The position numbers and the translations under genes are program-made. A stretch of 21,685 bases of DNA from Nautiliaceae bacterium (GTDB taxonomy: Bacteria > Campylobacterota > Campylobacteria > Campylobacterales > Nautiliaceae): contig JBDONT010000025.1 of the NCBI GenBank assembly GCA_039831155.1, positions 1 to 21,685 on the forward strand. Direction: 5' to 3'. The notes beneath the pieces are model-generated. The model was given only the letters and a program-made list of their open reading frames with translations. It was not told the origin of the DNA and searched no databases. Of this stretch, positions 16,544-21,685 are shown piece after piece; position 1 is the stretch's first letter, and each line of letters starts with the position of its first letter.

Positions 16544-16972
16544 TTGAAAAAACTTTTCCTTTTTTTTCCCTTTTTACTGTTAGCTTTTGAAGTGGAGTTT
16601 ACTAAAATATATACAAAATATGTGATACCGGATAAAAACGCAATTTTAATAGAAACAAAAAAAAATAATTTATCATTTCCTTTTAAATTTATAAAAACCG
16701 AAAAAGGATATATTTTAATAGGAGATTTAGAACAGATAAATATGTGGTTAAATAACGACTTTTACGCCCCGGACGATGCTAAATTTAAAAATATAAAAAT
16801 AGCCGTAGTAGACAAATATGAAATCCAATATAATATCATTCAAAAATTAAAATCCACATATAAAAACTGCTCAATAAAAAAAATAATATTTTTAAGCCCA
16901 GATGAAGAAAAAATAATCACTAAACCTACAAATATCAAAGAAAAATATAAAATTCTTTTGGATTGCAAGTAA
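16544..16972 (+). CDS. Hypothetical exported protein
   Basis: TTG start right after hisF stop with GAGGA upstream; signal-peptide-like MKKLFLFFPFLLLA; no family recognised. Confidence 0.7.
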   Translation: MKKLFLFFPFLLLAFEVEFTKIYTKYVIPDKNAILIETKKNNLSFPFKFIKTEKGYILIGDLEQINMWLNNDFYAPDDAKFKNIKIAVVDKYEIQYNIIQKLKSTYKNCSIKKIIFLSPDEEKIITKPTNIKEKYKILLDCK

Positions 16973-18192
16973 TGTTTCATGTGAAACGTTTAAAATATCT
17001 CTTTTTTTCAGTAATTTTATTTGCAAATGAAAACTCCTACACTATAAAAATAGATAACAAAACCTACACATATAAAAGAATCATAGCCACTGAAATATTT
17101 GAAAATAATAAAAGCACAAAAGAGATAATAGTCTGTTGCAATACTCAATTTAATAACACAAAAGAGCTAAAAGAAGCAATAAAAAACAATTCGATCAAAT
17201 CTTTAAAATACCTAAAACCTACTGTTAATTACCAGTTTACCACTATGAAAGAAACTTATGAATATTTAAAAACAAAAAACTGTAAAGACTTTAAAAAATT
17301 AGACCCTTATAAAAGAGGAGAAGCCATTATTACTTTTTTAATTAACGAAAAATACAATAAAGCAGATAAACTTTTAAACTGCAATCTTAAAATTACTACC
17401 CACTCACTTGCTGAACCGTATATGGCAATTTTTCAAGGGGACTATAAAAAAATAGATAAATTACTAAAAAAACACAATATAAAGATAAGCGATTTTACAA
17501 CTTGTTATATTGCAAAAAGCAAAAGATGGGATTTGTTTGAATATTTTACAAATAAAGAAAAATTCTTCAAAAGAAATTTAACTTTTGCAAGTGGTATTGA
17601 CAATGTAGTCAAAAAGTATGGCTATACTCCACTACCTAAAAAAGATTTAAAAAAACTCTCAAGCAAAGAATTAAGAGTATTAGAAAAATATGATAAAAGA
17701 GATTATATAAAAGCTTTAATTTGTATGAGGGATTTATATTTTTACTTAGGTGACAGTTATCATTATAAATATGCACTTAAATATTTTCCAAATAATATAA
17801 AAGTTTTAGCTGCAAATAAAAAAACAGATTTGCTAATTTCAAAAATAAATAAATCAAATAATCCCCTCTTTTTATCATATCTAGTAAATTTGTATATAAT
17901 TAAAAACGATAAAGAAAATGCAAAAAAAGCGTATAAACAACTTTTAAAAAAAATATATAAAGAAGACTCAATATCTACAAGAATTATAATCTCAATTCTT
18001 GGTCCGTTTATGGGAGTAAAGTATCCCAAAAACAAATATCAGTTAAAACAACACGTTATTGATTTAGCTCTTAATAGATTTCAAGGAGTAAATTTTATAG
18101 AAAAATTTTTAAAAAGATTTTATAATGACTATAACGAAACTCTAAAAAAAGAGATTTTAAAAGAAGTAAACAAGGAGTTTTTGAAAGAATGA
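16972..18192 (+). CDS. Hypothetical exported, helical (possibly TPR-like), Lys-rich protein
   Basis: ~400-codon ORF with signal-like N-terminus (KRLKYLFFSVILFA). Start is probably ATG 16972 (TAATG overlap) or GTG 16981. Very A-rich; overlaps the next gene by ATGA. Confidence 0.7.
   Translation: MFHVKRLKYLFFSVILFANENSYTIKIDNKTYTYKRIIATEIFENNKSTKEIIVCCNTQFNNTKELKEAIKNNSIKSLKYLKPTVNYQFTTMKETYEYLKTKNCKDFKKLDPYKRGEAIITFLINEKYNKADKLLNCNLKITTHSLAEPYMAIFQGDYKKIDKLLKKHNIKISDFTTCYIAKSKRWDLFEYFTNKEKFFKRNLTFASGIDNVVKKYGYTPLPKKDLKKLSSKELRVLEKYDKRDYIKALICMRDLYFYLGDSYHYKYALKYFPNNIKVLAANKKTDLLISKINKSNNPLFLSYLVNLYIIKNDKENAKKAYKQLLKKIYKEDSISTRIIISILGPFMGVKYPKNKYQLKQHVIDLALNRFQGVNFIEKFLKRFYNDYNETLKKEILKEVNKEFLKE
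16973..16988. other. parS-like centromere site
   Basis: TGTTTCATGTGAAACG, 14/16 match to the parS consensus TGTTTCACGTGAAACA. Confidence 0.65.
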
Positions 18193-18743
18193 ATATAAAA
18201 ATAATCAGTGCCGGAAATCAAGAAACATTTAATTTCGCTACCCCTATAGGAGTCGGATTAATTAACTCTGCTATAAATCTCACTAGATTATGTCTGTTTG
18301 ACAAACCCGATTATCTTATATTTATAGGAACTGCCGGTAGCTATGGGGATAAACAGATTTTTAATATTATACAAACTCAAAGTGCTTCCAATATAGAACA
18401 ATGTTTTTTAAATAAAAAATGTTATTCGCCAATAGATAATATAATTTCATTTGCAAAAGATGTTTCCCGTGAAACAATAATAAACTCATCAAACTATATA
18501 ACAACCGATGAAGAAATAGCAAAAAAATACCTAAAATTAAATATTCAGGCAGAAAATATGGAGTTTTATTCTGTAATGAGCGTAGCAAAAGAATTTGAAA
18601 TTCCGACAATCGGAATTTTTGTAATCACAAATTTTTGTCATAAAGAAGCTCATAAAGAGTACTTATCAAACATAAAAAAAGCTAAAGAGCTTTTAATAAC
18701 AACACTTATAGAAAAAAACATTATAAAGGAAAAATATGAATAA
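18189..18743 (+). CDS. Nucleoside phosphorylase-fold protein (PNP/UDP, MTA/SAH nucleosidase family)
   Basis: SAGNQETF, PIGVGLI, FIGTAGSY, NSSNYIT, ENMEFYSV, ITNFC. Confidence 0.8.
   Translation: MNIKIISAGNQETFNFATPIGVGLINSAINLTRLCLFDKPDYLIFIGTAGSYGDKQIFNIIQTQSASNIEQCFLNKKCYSPIDNIISFAKDVSRETIINSSNYITTDEEIAKKYLKLNIQAENMEFYSVMSVAKEFEIPTIGIFVITNFCHKEAHKEYLSNIKKAKELLITTLIEKNIIKEKYE
18461..18476. other. parS-like centromere site (intragenic, encodes VSRET)
   Basis: TGTTTCCCGTGAAACA, 15/16 match to the parS consensus. Confidence 0.75.
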
Positions 18744-19824
18744 AAAAATATTTATGGATTATTTACCTGAAGAACTGCTAGAAATGGGAATAGAACCTAA
18801 ATTTAGAATTAAACAGCTTTACAACTGGGTTTATAGAAAATATGTGGATAATTTTGAAGAAATGAAAAATATACCAAAAGACTTAAGAGCAAAATTAAAA
18901 GAAGAGTTTATTATAAACCCTTTAGAACTTGTAAACCACGAAGTAGCAAGTGACGGAACGGAAAAATTTTTGTTTAAAATGCACGATAACCATACTGTCG
19001 AAACGGTACTTATTAAAATGAAAAACGAAGAAATTAAAGACGGAAAAATAAAAGAAGCAAAATATACGGTTTGTGTATCCACTCAAGTTGGATGTAAAGT
19101 GGGATGTGCTTTTTGTCTAACAGCAAAAGGAGGATTTGTAAGAAACTTAAGTGCCGGAGAAATAGTAGCACAAGTTTGGTGGATGAAAAAATTTAAAAGC
19201 TTTGACGAAAACAAAGCCTTAAATATAGTCTATATGGGAATGGGCGAACCCCTTGATAATTACGATGCTTTGGTAAAGGCAATAAAAATCTTAGCTCATC
19301 AAGACGGAATGAATATATCTACTAGACGTCAAACGGTATCGACTTCCGGAATAGCCCCTAAAATTAAAAAACTGGGTAACGAAAATTTAGGAGTAAACTT
19401 AGCAATTTCACTACACGCAGTTGATGACAAACTAAGAGAAAAACTCATCCCTCTAAATAAAGCTTACAACATAAAAAGCGTAATTGAAGCAATTAGAGAA
19501 TTCCCAGTTGATAAAAGAAAAAAAGTAATGTTTGAATATTTAGTAATTAAAGATGTAAACGACAATATAGAATCAGCAAAAAAACTTGTTAAACTGTTAA
19601 ACGGAATTCCAAGTAAAGTAAATTTAATATACTTTAACCCCTATCCAGGAACCAACTTTAAAAGGCCAGATGATGAAACTATGAAAAAATTCCAAAACTA
19701 TTTAATAAACAAAGGAATTCTTTGTACAGTAAGAAAAAGTAAAGGAATGGATATTAGTGCGGCGTGTGGACAATTAAGAGAAAAAGAAATAAAAAGTTGC
19801 AATATCCCGGAATTTAAGGACTAA
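18736..19824 (+). CDS. rlmN: Dual-specificity 23S rRNA/tRNA m2A methyltransferase RlmN (radical SAM)
   Basis: CVSTQVGCKVGCAFC (CxxxCxxC), MGMGEPL, ISLHA, FEYL, ISAACGQL. Confidence 0.96.
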   Translation: MNKKIFMDYLPEELLEMGIEPKFRIKQLYNWVYRKYVDNFEEMKNIPKDLRAKLKEEFIINPLELVNHEVASDGTEKFLFKMHDNHTVETVLIKMKNEEIKDGKIKEAKYTVCVSTQVGCKVGCAFCLTAKGGFVRNLSAGEIVAQVWWMKKFKSFDENKALNIVYMGMGEPLDNYDALVKAIKILAHQDGMNISTRRQTVSTSGIAPKIKKLGNENLGVNLAISLHAVDDKLREKLIPLNKAYNIKSVIEAIREFPVDKRKKVMFEYLVIKDVNDNIESAKKLVKLLNGIPSKVNLIYFNPYPGTNFKRPDDETMKKFQNYLINKGILCTVRKSKGMDISAACGQLREKEIKSCNIPEFKD

Positions 19825-19826
19825 AT

Positions 19827-20162
19827 ATGGCTGAACTCAAATATTTACCGGCTGGTATAAGACTTCATCTTAAAGAAATAATTTATAAATTAACAGACAA
19901 TCTCAACAGCTATTACTATTTCCATTTTAAAGATATTCCAACCGGTTTAAAAGCAGAAAAGATTCTAAAAAAAGAAAAAATAAAATCAATCCCCGTTCCC
20001 AATGAAATATTTAAAGAGTGTGGAGTTGCAATCTTAACACACGAAAAAGAGAGAATAAAAGAGATATTAAACAAAGAAAATATTGAATTTGAAATATGGA
20101 TTTATGAATACGGATTTAAAAAAATAGAAGGGGATATCCAAACCTCTTCTTGTAAAATTTAA
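19827..20162 (+). CDS. DUF3343-like (putative Se/S carrier-like) small protein
   Basis: Pattern F-x5-LKAEKILK...IPVPNEIFKECGVAI; AAGGA SD. Confidence 0.6.
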   Translation: MAELKYLPAGIRLHLKEIIYKLTDNLNSYYYFHFKDIPTGLKAEKILKKEKIKSIPVPNEIFKECGVAILTHEKERIKEILNKENIEFEIWIYEYGFKKIEGDIQTSSCKI

Positions 20163-20971
20163 TTATAAATTTTTATATACGCCCTATTTTTTAGCTTAGC
20201 AAAATAATCTTTTAAGATATTTTCTCTTTTTTGAGCTACGAGTTTATTAAAAATAATATTTTTTACTTTTTCAAAAGGCAATATAACTTTTCCGTCTTTT
20301 CTAGCAACATAATAATTAACATAATTCATTCCATCATTTACAATAGGAGTAAACTCCCCTACTTTTGTATTTTTAAACAAAAACAGTAAATTAAGAGGCA
20401 ACTCTTCATAAGAAAAAACTTGAGTTTGAGTATTTACTTTAATATTTAACAAAGGGTTTTTTTGAATCTCTTTTAATACTTGAGAATTATTCGCACTATA
20501 TTTAGTTACTTGAATGGTTTTAAAAATAGAAAACTCATTTTTATGCGTATCGTAGTAGTTTTTAACTTCTTGGAGCGAAATATTTAATTTTCTTTTTACT
20601 ATCTGATTAAAAAGTTTCTCTCTTAATAAACTCTCTTTTAGCTGGTTTTTAAACTTTTCATACTCTCCCCTTTGAAGTAAAATACTTTTAAACTCATATA
20701 AACTCATACCGTTACTGTTAGCTACTTTTTCCATTGCATTTTCTATTTCAAAATCATCCACACTAATTCCATTCTTTTTTATCTCACTTTCAATTAAACT
20801 CTTTTGAATTAAATAATTTAAAGCATCTTTATCTCCTATGTTCTTATTCTCTTTTATTTTTTGAATATCATAAGAAGTAATAGGAATATTATTTACCACT
20901 GCTTTTATTTCATCCAAAACTTCAGCTCTTAAAAAAAGACTAAAACCGATTATAATTAATAACTTTTTCAT
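20159..20971 (-). CDS. SurA-like periplasmic chaperone (SurA N-terminal plus degenerate PPIase domain)
   Basis: Signal peptide, IKAVVNNIPITSYDI, EVKNYYDTHKNEF, VGEFTPIV, YFAKLKNRAYIKI. Confidence 0.8.
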   Translation of the reverse strand: MKKLLIIIGFSLFLRAEVLDEIKAVVNNIPITSYDIQKIKENKNIGDKDALNYLIQKSLIESEIKKNGISVDDFEIENAMEKVANSNGMSLYEFKSILLQRGEYEKFKNQLKESLLREKLFNQIVKRKLNISLQEVKNYYDTHKNEFSIFKTIQVTKYSANNSQVLKEIQKNPLLNIKVNTQTQVFSYEELPLNLLFLFKNTKVGEFTPIVNDGMNYVNYYVARKDGKVILPFEKVKNIIFNKLVAQKRENILKDYFAKLKNRAYIKIYN

Positions 20972-21396
20972 TTATCCCCTTCAAAAATATTTCTTATTCT
21001 ACTTAACGTATTAAGCAAATTCATCAAATGCTCTTCCCCTACTTCATCTACTATCTTCTTATGATACTCTTTTGCAATTTTATCTGCCAAAACCAGTTTC
21101 TCTTTTCCAGATTTTGTCAAATGCAATACAAAAGACCTGCTGTTAATGTACTCCTTTTCCAAAAATTCCTTAGCTTCTAAAGATTTAATAATCCTTGTAA
21201 TAGTAGCTTTATCCCTATTTAACAAAGAAGCCAATTGAGTAGGAGTTAAACTTCCAATTTCATCTATTAATTTTAACACTCCGTACTGTTCGGAACTTAA
21301 GTTAAATTTTTTTATTTTTTTATTAAAATGTTTACGAAGTAAATTTAAAGTGGTAGTCAATGCATAACCAATAGATGTTTCTTCATTAAAATCCAT
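20968..21396 (-). CDS. MarR-family transcriptional regulator
   Basis: LSSEQYGVL, TQLASLLNRDKATITRIIKSLEAKEFL, LHLTKSG. Start placed at ATG 21396, 8 nt after AAGGAG. Confidence 0.9.
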   Translation of the reverse strand: MDFNEETSIGYALTTTLNLLRKHFNKKIKKFNLSSEQYGVLKLIDEIGSLTPTQLASLLNRDKATITRIIKSLEAKEFLEKEYINSRSFVLHLTKSGKEKLVLADKIAKEYHKKIVDEVGEEHLMNLLNTLSRIRNIFEGDK

Positions 21397-21421
21397 ATCT
21401 AACACTCCTTTTGGTTATGCA
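21361..21421. repeat. Perfect 11-bp inverted repeat enclosing the marR SD and start codon
   Basis: TGCATAACCAA (21361-21371) / TTGGTTATGCA (21411-21421), 39-bp spacer. Confidence 0.75.
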
Positions 21422-21451
21422 ATTATCTCAATAAAAAAGGGGAAAAGTCAA
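21422..21451 (-). promoter_or_regulatory. Putative marR promoter (TTGACT-18bp-GATAAT with TG extension)
   Basis: TTGACT at 21451-21446, TGAGATAAT at 21430-21422. Confidence 0.45.
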
Positions 21452-21461
21452 GGAGAGAGAA

Positions 21462-21685
21462 TTATTTAGCCGCAGCTTCTTTTAAAGCGTTTAAAGCAGC
21501 TTCATAATCCGGTTCTGCTGTAATTTCGTCTACTAACTCTTTATAAGCGATTTTTCCGTCTTTCCCAACTACAAAAATAGCTCTTGCACTAAGTCCTCTA
21601 AGTAGTCCTTCAGCAATTAAAGTTCCATAAGCTGATGAAAAACATTTATCTCTAAAATCACTTAAAACTTGAAGGTTTTCAATTC
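21462..21685 (-). CDS. tpx: Thiol peroxidase Tpx, 3' part (5' end outside the window; not in the ORF track)
   Basis: Manual translation IENLQVLSDFRDKCFSSAYGTLIAEGLLRGLSARAIFVVGKDGKIAYKELVDEITAEPDYEAALNALKEAAAK*; SDFR, ARAIFVV and EITAEPDY are Tpx motifs. Confidence 0.92.
   Translation of the reverse strand, partial: IENLQVLSDFRDKCFSSAYGTLIAEGLLRGLSARAIFVVGKDGKIAYKELVDEITAEPDYEAALNALKEAAAK

Noticed and set aside
1774-19082. Short antisense or overlapping ORFs in the track (e.g. 1774-1968, 3742-4020, 4188-4502, 6044-6337, 7219-7518, 13373-13705, 15371-15718, 17763-18035)
   Set aside because: Shadow ORFs opposite well-supported genes, with no recognisable motifs.
1-21685. CRISPR arrays, IS elements, prophage genes, riboswitches
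   Set aside because: No regularly spaced repeats, transposase, integrase or phage ORFs are visible, and leaders are generally too short to hold riboswitches.

Overview
AT-rich chromosomal window from a Campylobacterota (epsilonproteobacterial) genome, probably Nautiliales-like; this is inferred from protein sequences and TGnTATAAT promoters. It is mostly core housekeeping DNA: pcm, purB, tatB, an RluA-family synthase, tRNA-Asn, trmH, pyrC, rnj, rsmA, hisF, a nucleoside phosphorylase-fold gene, rlmN, a SurA-like chaperone, a MarR regulator and partial tpx. Two parS-like sites suggest the window lies near the replication origin. Accessory parts are a tandem DUF1566 (Lcl C-terminal) gene pair, and a Fur/Zur regulator plus ZnuACB-like metal ABC operon followed by a decayed PIN-toxin pseudogene. 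No CRISPR array, transposase, integrase or reverse transcriptase is visible. The most interesting signals missed by the ORF track are: a candidate ~60-nt anti-Shine-Dalgarno sRNA (5445-5506), an rsmA/ksgA gene that appears to start at a non-canonical ATA codon, a leaderless zur gene with a perfect TGCAAC-N3-GTTGCA operator, the parS pair, an 11-bp inverted repeat bracketing the marR RBS, and a strong rrn-like promoter at the left edge.
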